This document shows, in pieces, positions 20,396 to 29,262 of a stretch of DNA of 64,000 bases. This DNA is from Chloroflexota bacterium (GTDB taxonomy: Bacteria > Chloroflexota > UBA6077 > SHYK01): contig SHYK01000006.1 in the NCBI GenBank assembly GCA_009692845.1, positions 16,534 to 80,533 on the forward strand. The letters are read 5' to 3'. A model generated the notes under the pieces. It was not told the origin of the DNA and did no database searches. It saw nothing but the letters and a program-made list of their open reading frames with translations. Positions within the stretch are counted from its first letter, which is position 1; the number at the start of each line of letters is the position of its first letter. Position numbers and translations under genes: made by a program.

Positions 20396-21058
20396 TCAGG
20401 CACGCAGGTGGCGCACGTGGCGGTAGACGTAGAGGCCGACTGCGAGCACGATTACCAGGGCAATCGGATAGTCAGCGCGCTCGAGGACGTGGCGGACCTC
20501 CAGCCAGTGGTCGCCTGCCTGCATTCCCGCCCAGGCCAGACCCAGTGACCAGGGGAATGCGCCCAAGAGCGTGTACAGGCAGAACCGACCAAAGTTCATG
20601 TGGGCGATGCCGGCCGGCAGCGAAATGAAGGTCCGGACAACTGGAAGGAGCCGCGAAAAGAAAGCGGTCGCTTCGCCGTGTCGAGCGAACCAGCGATCCG
20701 CCAACTCCAGATCGTGCTGGGTGATGAGCAGGTAGCGCCCGTACCGATCCAGGAAGGGCCGCCCGCCTACCACTCCCACCCAGTAGGCGATGCAGGATCC
20801 CACCAGATTGCCGACCGCGCCAACCAAGCCGGCCGCGAAGAGGTCGAATTCTCCGCGCGAAGCCATCCACCCGGCCATTGGCATGATCAACTCGCTGGGC
20901 AGCGGGATGCAGGCGCTCTCAATGGCCATCGCTAGCCCGATGCCCAGGTAGCCCATGCTTCGATACAGGTTCTCGAGAAACGGAATAACATACTGTTCGA
21001 GCGCAGCGAGCAACTGTTTCTCCTGAGTGGTGAATGGACGCGTCGAGGTTTCCGTCAC
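20396..21058 (-). CDS. DedA-family (SNARE-associated/VTT domain) membrane protein
   Basis: 220 aa. Motifs ESACIPLPSELIMPMAG, YGRYLLITQHDLELADRWFARHG and FFSRLLPVVRTFISLPAG are typical of DedA. Confidence 0.85.
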   Translation of the reverse strand: MTETSTRPFTTQEKQLLAALEQYVIPFLENLYRSMGYLGIGLAMAIESACIPLPSELIMPMAGWMASRGEFDLFAAGLVGAVGNLVGSCIAYWVGVVGGRPFLDRYGRYLLITQHDLELADRWFARHGEATAFFSRLLPVVRTFISLPAGIAHMNFGRFCLYTLLGAFPWSLGLAWAGMQAGDHWLEVRHVLERADYPIALVIVLAVGLYVYRHVRHLRA

Positions 21059-21140
21059 CCCGGTGGGCGAGGCTGGAGCCGAGAGTGGTTCGCGCTGTCT
21101 AGGGTGGGCGCTCGCGAGAGATCAGGTCAGGGCCGGCCGA

Positions 21141-21515
21141 CTAACTCCGGCGATAGATGATGCGGTAGAGGCGCTCTTGCCAGCTATTGGGCGGCAAGCT
21201 CACGTATTTACCTCGCCACCAGCGAGGGCCAGCCCCATAAGGATGCACGAGGTGGGTGGCGACCGCCACCGCGATGCAGGCGAAAACGGCCAAGAATAGC
21301 TGACCGACGAAGATGTGCAGGAGGTGGCCCACCAGGAAACAGGCAACTCCAATGAGCACGAGGTCACCGGGACGGCGCGGCCGCAGATCGAGGAAGGACA
21401 GGTTGAGCCGCCTCCGCCGCCGGGGGCGTTTCGGAAGCTTGTCGACGCCGCCCTCGCGAAGCGCTTCCTCCAGGTCTCGCTGTATACGCTCCGGAAGCTC
21501 TGCAGGTTCAGCCAT
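21141..21515 (-). CDS. hypothetical small membrane protein
   Basis: 124 aa with a charged N-terminus (RRRRR) followed by two hydrophobic helices. No family recognised. Confidence 0.5.
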   Translation of the reverse strand: MAEPAELPERIQRDLEEALREGGVDKLPKRPRRRRRLNLSFLDLRPRRPGDLVLIGVACFLVGHLLHIFVGQLFLAVFACIAVAVATHLVHPYGAGPRWWRGKYVSLPPNSWQERLYRIIYRRS

Positions 21516-21536
21516 CAGTCGGTCCCTCCGCCAGAC

Positions 21537-21836
21537 ATGGCCGGGGTATTATGGGGCTCGCTTGGCTTGCTGACAACCGGGTGGACCGTGTATCGCGACA
21601 CCCTCCGGATGCGGGGTCTGACTATCAAACGCTACCCGCGGTGGCCGTCGGAGGATCTGGACCAGGAAAGTCAGCAGCATCTGTACGATGAGCTCGAGAA
21701 TCTGGGCGCTTTCTCGGTGCCGCTACAGGCGGAGCCCGCTGCCACTCAGCCTGGGCCCGCCGCTCCGTCGGAGTCCCAGCCAGCCGAAGAGGCGGTTGTC
21801 GAGCCAGCTATGCCGGGCAGCGCCGCCCCACTTTAA
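21537..21836 (+). CDS. hypothetical protein
   Basis: ATG 21537 within ORF 21315..21836 (MAGVLWGSLGLLTTGWTVYRD...). One N-terminal TM segment and an acidic/Pro-rich tail. It lies only 21 bp from the divergent gene, so the call is weak. Confidence 0.35.
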   Translation: MAGVLWGSLGLLTTGWTVYRDTLRMRGLTIKRYPRWPSEDLDQESQQHLYDELENLGAFSVPLQAEPAATQPGPAAPSESQPAEEAVVEPAMPGSAAPL

Positions 21837-21988
21837 CCCCGGCCTCAGTCCGCGGAAACGGTGGTTCGCCCCAAGCCGTTCGTGGTGAGCCCTTCGAGAG
21901 CCTCCGTGACCACCCCCGATCTTTGGTCCACTCATAACTTAAGTCCGGTCGGCTCATGACCGGGATGAACGGTTCCTCGTTGTCGTTG

Positions 21989-22594
21989 CTAGCCAAGATG
22001 AGCGAGGTCGTTCCAATAGCGAATCTCCGGCTCCGGCTGCTCCCAGACGATGCAAGAGAGCCCGCCGTTATCCATCCGGGCGGCCTGGGAATCGGCAAAA
22101 TCATAGCCATGCAGCCAAACGCCCAGCGCCATCAAGAGGGCGCTATGGGTAACGACCAGCACCGTGTCGCGCTCATGTCGAGTCCGCAGGAGGTCCACTC
22201 CCGCGATTGCGCGCTCCTGAAGAGCCAGCCAGCTCTCGCCGCCGGGCGGCGCGACCACCCACGCCACGTCATCCGACCAGCGGCGATACTCCTCGGGAAA
22301 TTGGGCCTTGATCTCGGCTCCAGTCAGCCCTTCCCAGGCGCCGTAGGAAATTTCCCGCCATACGACATCCTGCCGAACGGCCAGATCGCGCGCTTCGGTA
22401 ATCAGCTCAGCGGTGCGCCAGGCTCGCTCCAGATCGCTCGAATAAACGGCATCGATAGGCTCTCCGGACAATCGCTGGGCCAAGCAGCGGCCCTGCCTTT
22501 CCCCGTTTGCCGATAAAGGGACGTCGGCCTGCCCCGTGTAGCGCTTTTGCACGTTCCAGGAGCTCTCGCCATGGCGGGCCAGCAGCAAACGCAT
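21989..22594 (-). CDS. histidine phosphatase family protein (phosphoglycerate mutase/CobC-like)
   Basis: Start at ATG 22594 (MRLLLARHGESSWNVQKRYTGQADVPLS...SSDLERAWRTAE...VVTHSALL). Contains the RHG catalytic motif. Confidence 0.8.
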   Translation of the reverse strand: MRLLLARHGESSWNVQKRYTGQADVPLSANGERQGRCLAQRLSGEPIDAVYSSDLERAWRTAELITEARDLAVRQDVVWREISYGAWEGLTGAEIKAQFPEEYRRWSDDVAWVVAPPGGESWLALQERAIAGVDLLRTRHERDTVLVVTHSALLMALGVWLHGYDFADSQAARMDNGGLSCIVWEQPEPEIRYWNDLAHLG

Positions 22595-22657
22595 TTTCTT
22601 TCCAATTTGGTCGGGATTTCGGGGCATGCAGGCGCAATTGTTTTTGCTCCGCAGGAG

Positions 22658-22663
22658 TATAAT
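22658..22663 (+). promoter_or_regulatory. TATAAT -10 hexamer 6 nt upstream of the nrtR ATG (possible leaderless or short-leader promoter)
   Basis: gcaggagTATAATgccggcATG. There is no Shine-Dalgarno sequence between the hexamer and the ATG. Confidence 0.3.
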
Positions 22664-22669
22664 GCCGGC

Positions 22670-23404
22670 ATGTTGAGCGTTCGAGAGCACGTACTCACGC
22701 CTACCGCGACCCTCGCGGTGGACGTTGTGGTGTTCACCTTGCGGCCTGACACCGTCGAGCGCGCCTGGCAGGTACTCCTAGTCCCCCGGCCTGATCCCTG
22801 GTCCATCAGCCGCCGAGCCCTCCCCGGGGTTCTGGTCGACGAGGACGAGACTTTCGACGAAGCGGCCCGACGCGCCTTGCTGGTCAAGACCGGGATCGAC
22901 GCTCGGGATTGGTATCTCGAGCAACTGGCCACCTTCGGCTCCCCCACCCGGGACAGCCGGGGTCGGGTTGCCTCGATCTCCCATATCGCGCTCATTCAGA
23001 GTGACAACATCAAGATCCACCCAGTAGAGACCGACTCGCCGGCCGAATGGTGCCCGGTGACGGCGATCCCCTGGAGCGATCTTGCCTTCGATCATGCCGC
23101 GATCCTTCGGGAGGCCATCAACCGCGTCCGAGGCAAGGTGCGCTACGCCTGGGTGCTCTTTCAGCTGCTTCCGCCGATCTTCACGATGTCCGATCTTCGC
23201 GCAGCCTACGCGGCAATCCGCGATCCGTCAGTGCTCAACATGAGCACGTCGAACGTCCGCAAACTGTTTCGACGACTCATCGACGATCAGGCGCTGGTGG
23301 CAGTGGGCAAGCGAGCCGAGGCCCGGGGCAGGGGAAGGCCGGGCGACCTGTTCCGCTTCGACGGACCGTTGACCGGCACCTGGGATCGAGAGCTGCCATG
23401 GTAG
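22670..23404 (+). CDS. nrtR: Nudix-related transcriptional regulator (NrtR-like: Nudix domain plus C-terminal winged helix)
   Basis: Start at ATG 22670. It has a Nudix-like fold (LAVDVVVFTL...LPGVLVDEDETFDEAARRALLVKTG) without an intact catalytic box, and a C-terminal LAFDHAAILREAINRVRGKVRY...MSTSNVRKLF region. It lies immediately upstream of nadA. Confidence 0.7.
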   Translation: MLSVREHVLTPTATLAVDVVVFTLRPDTVERAWQVLLVPRPDPWSISRRALPGVLVDEDETFDEAARRALLVKTGIDARDWYLEQLATFGSPTRDSRGRVASISHIALIQSDNIKIHPVETDSPAEWCPVTAIPWSDLAFDHAAILREAINRVRGKVRYAWVLFQLLPPIFTMSDLRAAYAAIRDPSVLNMSTSNVRKLFRRLIDDQALVAVGKRAEARGRGRPGDLFRFDGPLTGTWDRELPW

Positions 23405-23478
23405 GGCACTCGTTTGCGCGGTAATTCTGCTCTACGAGATTCGAATTTAGCCTTCAGTTTGGACTGAGGAGGCAAACC

Positions 23479-24525
23479 ATGAACCAGAACTTGAACGTTG
23501 GACATTTCAGCGAGCCGATTCAACTGCACGGTGACCTGCGCTCGATCGCTCGACAGTCGGAGGCGACCCCCGAGTTACTGGCGGACATCGTCGAGCTGCG
23601 CGCCGAGCGAAACGCGATCATCCTGGCTCACAACTACCAGGTGCCCGCGATCCAAGACATTGCCGATTTCGTCGGCGACTCACTGGCTCTGGCGCAAGCG
23701 GCGGCGCGGACCAGCGCCGACGTCATCGTGATGTGCGGGGTCTACTTCATGGCCGAGAGCGCCAAGATCTTGAACCCGAGCCGCACGGTGCTCATTCCGG
23801 ATGCGCGAGCCGGCTGCTCGCTGGCGGATTCCATCACCGCGGACCAGCTCCGAACGTGGAAGGCCGAGCACCCGGGGGCGGCTGTAGTGAGCTACGTGAA
23901 CACCACCGCTGAGGTGAAATCGGAAAGCGACTATTGCGTGACCTCAGGTAATGCCGAGGACGTGATCGCTTCGATCCCGAGGGACCAGGAGATTCTCTTC
24001 TGCCCGGATATGTTCCTCGGTGCTCATCTCGAGCGCGTGACCGGTCGAAAGATGCAGGTCTGGGCCGGCGAATGCCACGTGCACGCGGGCATTCGTCCGG
24101 ATGAGATCGAGGCCAGACGACTGGCGAACCCGGACGCGGACTTGCTCATCCATCCCGAGTGCGGCTGCACCACCCAGATGGTGTGGGCGCGCAGCGCAGG
24201 TGAGATTGGATCGGAACACTCCTACATCCTCTCTACCGAGAAGATGGTGGCCCACGCGCGACAATCACCCCGAACCCACTTCCTGGTCGCCACCGAAACG
24301 GGCATTCTGCACCGGCTCGAGAAAGAAGCGCCGGGCAAGATCTTCGAAGCAGCCGATCCGGGCGCGGTTTGCCAGTACATGAAGATGATCACCCCATTGA
24401 AGCTCCGCGACGCGCTCAGGGACCTGACCCCAGAAGTGACGGTTGACCCAGCCATTGCCGCTCGGGCGCGGGTAGCCATTGACCGCATGCTCGCCGTCCC
24501 CGCGAGTCGGCCCTCCTTCGAATAA
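23479..24525 (+). CDS. nadA: quinolinate synthase
   Basis: 348 aa with ILAHNYQVPAIQD, VYFMAESAKILNP, SYVNTTAEVK and HPECGC motifs. GGAGG sits 7 nt upstream of the ATG. Confidence 0.9.
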   Translation: MNQNLNVGHFSEPIQLHGDLRSIARQSEATPELLADIVELRAERNAIILAHNYQVPAIQDIADFVGDSLALAQAAARTSADVIVMCGVYFMAESAKILNPSRTVLIPDARAGCSLADSITADQLRTWKAEHPGAAVVSYVNTTAEVKSESDYCVTSGNAEDVIASIPRDQEILFCPDMFLGAHLERVTGRKMQVWAGECHVHAGIRPDEIEARRLANPDADLLIHPECGCTTQMVWARSAGEIGSEHSYILSTEKMVAHARQSPRTHFLVATETGILHRLEKEAPGKIFEAADPGAVCQYMKMITPLKLRDALRDLTPEVTVDPAIAARARVAIDRMLAVPASRPSFE

Positions 24526-24526
24526 G

Positions 24527-24543
24527 GGCGGGGGCGCCCCGCC
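24527..24543 (+). terminator. GC hairpin just after the nadA stop
   Basis: ggcgggg-gcg-ccccgcc forms a 7-bp stem with a 3-nt loop. No U-tract. Confidence 0.35.
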
Positions 24544-24601
24544 TCGCCCGCCGATGGGGAAGCGATTGCCCAGAGTGCTCGCGGGTTAGCATAGAGACAC
24601 T

Positions 24602-26563
24602 TTGACTTCGCCTACCCCCCTGACCGGCCCCGCTGGGCCACTCACTCCAGACGCCGCGCCGAATGGAGCTGGCCCGTCACCCTTGGCGGGTGGCGTTCGG
24701 CAACCACTCCGGCGACGGCTCCTGCTCGGTCATTGGACGCCGGTTGCTCTGCTATTGATCCTCGCAGCCGGGCTCCGATTCAGCGGCCTCTCCGCCCAGA
24801 GCTTCTGGCTGGACGAGGGCATGACCGTCTTCTTCATCAACCTGCCCCTGGACCGGCTTCTACAGGTCACCTTCGTCCAGGAGCCGAACCCGCCCCTCTA
24901 CTATTTGCTGCTCTGGGTATGGGTGCATGCGTTCGGCGAAGGGGAAGCGGCGATTCGCGCGCTCTCGGCGCTGTTCGGTACCCTGTGCATACCCGTAACG
25001 TTCGCGCTGGCTTCCGACTTAGGGGGCCGTCGCGCGGGTTGGCTGGCAGCCCTAGCCGCCCTCGCCAGCCCTTTCCTACTCTGGTACTCGCAGGAGGCGC
25101 GGGCCTTTGCTCTGCTGGCCTTTCTCGCGGCACTGCTGCTCTATCTGACCCACCAAGCCACGCAATCCCCGCGTCGTCGCTTGCTTGCCGTTTGGGCGCT
25201 GACCGCCGCGCTGACCTGCTACACCCACATCTACGGGGCATTCGCGGTGGGTGCATGCACGCTTGCACTCCTCGTTGCCGGTCGAGCGCGGATCGATTGG
25301 CGGGCCGGCACAGCGGTCATTCCAGTGGCGCTATTCGCGCCCTGGATGGTGGCCACCCTGATCCAAAGCGCCGCGGCTCGGGGCTGGCGCGCACCGGTCG
25401 GCCCCGACGAGCTAGTGGCTCGGGCGCTGGCCACGGTTGCCCACAATGAAGTGTTTCCCGATCCACTCGGCCCCCTGGCGGTTCTGGTGCTCGGCGGAGC
25501 CGCGCTCATCGGGCTGGCCTCAACCCGCCGATCGAGCGCCTGGTTACTGGGACTGAATATCGGGGTGCCGCTACTCTGCGCCTACGGGTTGTCCTTCTTC
25601 AAACCGATATTTGCCGAGCGGTACATCATCCCCATCGCCATTCCGCTCTATGTGGCCGCCGCGATCGGCATGACGCGACTTGCGGGCCGCCTTCGGGGCC
25701 TCGACGTTGCAGCGGGGATTGCGGTGGTGGCTCTGTTGGTCTCGGCCCTAGCGGCCTGGCAGCAGCCGCGGTTCGAGAAGGAGAATTTCCGGGCCGCTGC
25801 CGATCGGGTCATCCAATCCGCGACAACTGACGACGTGGTCGTATTCGTGGCCGAGTTCACCGAGCACCCGTTCGAGTACTACTATCACGGTCCTGGTCAG
25901 CTAGTGGGGTTTTTCGGCGACCACAAGGATCCCGGCCCATTCCTGACTCCAATCATCGGAAAAGCCTCAACCGTGTGGCTGCTCGAATCGCACTGGGATC
26001 GCTATGACCCGGACCACAACGTTCGCCGCTGGCTAGAGGACCGCTACCCGCTGGTCACCGAGGCCTTCCCCCAGGGAATTCATCTGCGGGCCTTCCGGGT
26101 GCGGAGCCAGGTCGATGCACCGCCCAGCACCGCGCGGCCGATTACTGCGAGCTACGGCGGGCTCATGTTGACCAGCGTCGAATTCCCCGAGTCGACTTCA
26201 GCGCACGATGAGCATCTCCATCCGCCGAGCGGCTGGCTGCCCGTTACGATGTATTGGCAGGCCGTGGCACGCCTGCCGACCAACTACAAGCTGGTGCTGG
26301 ATCTGGCCGACGCGCGAGGCGTTTGGGGTCGTTCGCTCCTGCGGGAAGGCGATCTGTTCGCCAAGGTGCCCACCAGCACGTGGACCCCGGGCCAAACGAT
26401 GATCGAGTCGACGGATCTCAACTTGAACCCGGCCACCCCGCCGGGCCGGTACATCTTGCAGCTAGCGGTACTGGATGAGCAGGGCAACCCGGTCACCGGC
26501 GAGCAGCGCGGCACTCCTCTGAACGGACCATTGACCCTAGGTGAGGTCGAGGTGCGGGGCTAA
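24602..26563 (+). CDS. GT39/ArnT-like (PMT_2) membrane glycosyltransferase with a C-terminal extracytoplasmic domain
   Basis: 653 aa. The N-terminal half has about 10 TM helices and LRFSGLSAQSFWLDEGMTVFF, typical of dolichyl/undecaprenyl-phosphate sugar transferases. Confidence 0.75.
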   Translation: MTSPTPLTGPAGPLTPDAAPNGAGPSPLAGGVRQPLRRRLLLGHWTPVALLLILAAGLRFSGLSAQSFWLDEGMTVFFINLPLDRLLQVTFVQEPNPPLYYLLLWVWVHAFGEGEAAIRALSALFGTLCIPVTFALASDLGGRRAGWLAALAALASPFLLWYSQEARAFALLAFLAALLLYLTHQATQSPRRRLLAVWALTAALTCYTHIYGAFAVGACTLALLVAGRARIDWRAGTAVIPVALFAPWMVATLIQSAAARGWRAPVGPDELVARALATVAHNEVFPDPLGPLAVLVLGGAALIGLASTRRSSAWLLGLNIGVPLLCAYGLSFFKPIFAERYIIPIAIPLYVAAAIGMTRLAGRLRGLDVAAGIAVVALLVSALAAWQQPRFEKENFRAAADRVIQSATTDDVVVFVAEFTEHPFEYYYHGPGQLVGFFGDHKDPGPFLTPIIGKASTVWLLESHWDRYDPDHNVRRWLEDRYPLVTEAFPQGIHLRAFRVRSQVDAPPSTARPITASYGGLMLTSVEFPESTSAHDEHLHPPSGWLPVTMYWQAVARLPTNYKLVLDLADARGVWGRSLLREGDLFAKVPTSTWTPGQTMIESTDLNLNPATPPGRYILQLAVLDEQGNPVTGEQRGTPLNGPLTLGEVEVRG

Positions 26564-26695
26564 AAGCGCCGACTCTCGAGATTCACAACCCGGGTCGCCC
26601 CGCAGCCCCTCAAAGCCGCCGCGGGCCATCAATCAGGCTACACTTTGCGAACTCTACCTCGCAGCGACAATGGCCGGAGGGCCGACGGAGTACAA

Positions 26696-27580
26696 ATGAA
26701 AGTTGGCGTGATTTTCCCTCAGACCGAGATCGGCATCGACCCAATGGTCGTGCGCGATTACGCTCAGGCCGTGGAGCAGATGGGGTTCGCCCATCTGGCA
26801 TCCTATGACCACGTGCTGGGAGTGGATCCGAGCAGCCGGCCGGGTTGGCGAGGCCCGTACACCAAGGACACCGTATTTCACGAGCCGCTGGTGCTCTTCG
26901 GCTACCTGGCTGGCCTGACCACGACGATCGAGCTGGTCACTGCAATCATCATCCTTCCGCAGCGCCAGACCGCCCTAGTGGCGAAGCAGGCGGCCGAGGT
27001 GGACGTGCTGAGCCAGGGGCGCCTTCGGTTTGGGGTCGGCCTGGGCTGGAACGAGGCCGAATACGAGGGGCTGGGCCAGAACTTCCACGTGCGGGGGCAG
27101 CGAGTCGTGGAGCAAATTGCCGTGCTCCGCGCCCTCTGGACCAACGAAGTCGTGGATTTCGAGGGGTGCTGGGACCGCATCACCGGAGCCGGCATCAATC
27201 CGCTCCCGATCCAGCGGCCAATACCGATCTGGATGGGCGGGGGCGGCAATGAGACGAACCGGATCGAGCCCGCCCTGAAACGGATTGCCAAGATTGCCGA
27301 CGGATGGTTCCCCCAAATGCAACCGAACGACGACGCGCGGGCCACCTTGGAAGCGGTCCGAGGGTACGTGCGGGAGGGCGGACGAGACCCTTCGGCGCTC
27401 GGCATCGAAGCCCGGGTCAGCGTCGGCAGGGGCGACCCGGAGGAGTGGGTAGGACGCTTCAACGCGTGGGACGAGCTGGGGGCGACTCATCTCTCGGTGA
27501 ACACGATGGGGGGCGGCTTTACCCGGCTGGCGGAGCACCTGAGCGCCCTGGAGCGATTCAAAGAAGCGACGCTGCGCTAG
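26696..27580 (+). CDS. LLM-class (luciferase-like) F420-dependent oxidoreductase
   Basis: Start at ATG 26696 (MKVGVIFPQTEIGIDP...) with GGAG upstream. The GLGWNEAEYEGLG motif is typical of the family. Confidence 0.8.
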   Translation: MKVGVIFPQTEIGIDPMVVRDYAQAVEQMGFAHLASYDHVLGVDPSSRPGWRGPYTKDTVFHEPLVLFGYLAGLTTTIELVTAIIILPQRQTALVAKQAAEVDVLSQGRLRFGVGLGWNEAEYEGLGQNFHVRGQRVVEQIAVLRALWTNEVVDFEGCWDRITGAGINPLPIQRPIPIWMGGGGNETNRIEPALKRIAKIADGWFPQMQPNDDARATLEAVRGYVREGGRDPSALGIEARVSVGRGDPEEWVGRFNAWDELGATHLSVNTMGGGFTRLAEHLSALERFKEATLR

Positions 27581-27593
27581 CGGTCCGAGTCGC

Positions 27594-28208
27594 TCACAGC
27601 CCACCTTCGAAAGTGTAGGGCTGCGGGGGCACATCCTGCCCCACATCGAGCTGGATCAGAGCGTGCGGGGCGAGCGGGATGTCCCCTGGGTCGCCACTGA
27701 AGCGCTGGCCTCCGACGTAGGCGATCACCTGGCCCTGAGCTGAGCCCACCTGGGTCGCGCTGAGGGGCTGCTGCCAGATATCGAAAAGCTGGCGCAGGGT
27801 GAAGGCCTGGGGCGCCGCGGCTTCGATGTGAATCAGCCCGTCGTTGGTGTGGGTGTGCAGCCAGTAGAAGCAGCTGCCGCCGTCCACGAAAGGACTTCCG
27901 CCGCCGTTATCCACATGACGGGGCGCTGCAATCCCGATGCCCTCCGGTACGGGACGGGCCTGGCCATTGAAAAAGATCGCCAGGTGGGCGTGGACGTGGT
28001 AATTGACCACCTCGGTCAGCCCGCAGGGGATGCCGTCGATGGTCGTCTTTTGCCCATAGTCGGGCGCGGCGGCGAGGGGCAGTCCAGCTGACCCGGCAGC
28101 GACGGGAGTCGAGGTCTGAGCTGGGTTACAAGCCGCTAAGCTCGTAATGGCGAGCATGCACAGCAACCGAGTGGTATAGGTGATCAGCTCAACCATGGTG
28201 GCCGCCAT
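27594..28208 (-). CDS. hypothetical lipoprotein
   Basis: 204 aa with a signal peptide and lipobox (LAITSLAAC), plus a His-rich conserved-looking core (NYHVHAHLAIFFNG, FYWLHTHTNDGLIH). Confidence 0.6.
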   Translation of the reverse strand: MAATMVELITYTTRLLCMLAITSLAACNPAQTSTPVAAGSAGLPLAAAPDYGQKTTIDGIPCGLTEVVNYHVHAHLAIFFNGQARPVPEGIGIAAPRHVDNGGGSPFVDGGSCFYWLHTHTNDGLIHIEAAAPQAFTLRQLFDIWQQPLSATQVGSAQGQVIAYVGGQRFSGDPGDIPLAPHALIQLDVGQDVPPQPYTFEGGL

Positions 28209-28268
28209 GTTAAGGCACTGTTCAGCGACGCGCTACCGCGATGGATTCCCTCCGATAGAATCGCGCCC

Positions 28269-29193
28269 ATGATGCTCCCTTACTCACTGCGGGCGGCGGC
28301 TCTCCGCGGCTATTGGCAGACCACGTTGGTCTCGGCTGGAAGCAATCTGGGCGACCCCGCTCTCTATCTGCTCTGGTGCCTGGTCGGGTTCTTGCGGTCG
28401 CCACCCTGCTGTCGATCTGACGCATGATCCTGCAACCCGACCAGGTCGTCGGCGGCATGTCCACTGGGTCAGTGCTGACCTACACCCTCATTGCCGGCGT
28501 CTTCGCCCAACAGCTCGACGTCAGGACTGAGCTCGGCGACACCTTGTGGAGCGGGGCGATCGCGACCCGCTACCTCCAGCCGATCGGCATCGTCGGCATG
28601 TACGCGGCCGAGCTCATGGGCCACTGGGCTTTCGCCTTCGCGACCTTTTCACTGCCACTGTCGCTTGCTGCACCGCTGCTCGGCGTGGACGCGCGCCCAG
28701 CCTCCCCGGCCCACGCGGTCGCCTTCATCCTGAGCCTCGGCTTGGAGTAACGGTCGGGCTCGCCCTCGACTTCTTGTTCGGCGCCGTGCTAGTCGCGTTG
28801 CGAGAGACCAGCCACGACATGGGTGATCTCGAACAACTGGCCGGCCGGATCGTCCTCATCAACCATGGCGAGATCGCCTACGACGGGACCTTTGCCGGTC
28901 TTCCAGGGAGGGTGGCTGGCCAGCGGCGGCTGGTGATCGACACGGACTCGGAGCAGGCGCCCACGCTAACTGGCGCTGATTTGATCGGGTCAGATGGCGC
29001 GCGCCACACCTACACCTTCAATGCGAGTGACGCCCGGCTGCCCGGCCTGCTGGCTCAGGCGGCGGCGCAAGCTCAGGTCCTCGACGTTGAAACCGAGCGA
29101 CCGGACATCGACGACGTCATCGCGGATTTGTACGAGTCCTGGCAGGCCGACGAGCGGCCGCAAGCGTGGCTCACAAAGCCAACTGATAAATAG
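28269..29193 (+). pseudogene. chimeric remnant: degraded ABC-2 (DUF990-like) permease 5' part joined to the 3' tail of an ABC ATPase
   Basis: The permease reads MMLPYSLRAAALRGYWQTTLV...LYLLWCLVG and then has three lesions:
- Frame change around 28380-28400, then VLAVATLLSI.
- In-frame TGA at 28418-28420, then RMILQPDQVVGGMSTGSVLTYTLIAG...AFILSLGL.
- 1-nt loss at GG 28744-28745, then GVTVGLALDFLFGAVLVAL.
At about 28800 it runs directly into an ATPase H-loop and C-terminal domain (TSHDMGDLEQLAGRIVLINHGEIAYDGTF...). Confidence 0.65.
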
Positions 29194-29262
29194 GCTCTGA
29201 ATCGGCTGGATTGGCCTCAATCACTTGGGTTCAATAGGTGAATCTGGGCAAGTGAGGGACAA

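Noticed and set aside
23405-23478. NAD+ (nadA-motif) riboswitch upstream of nadA.
   Set aside because: The spacer is only 74 nt, too short for the tandem-domain motif, and shows no resemblance that I can recognise. An NrtR regulator is present instead.
29194-29262. Centromere-like (parS or iteron) site upstream of the ParA-like gene.
   Set aside because: Only loose GAATC/CAAT repeats are present, with no clear iterated or palindromic unit, so it is not reported as a feature.
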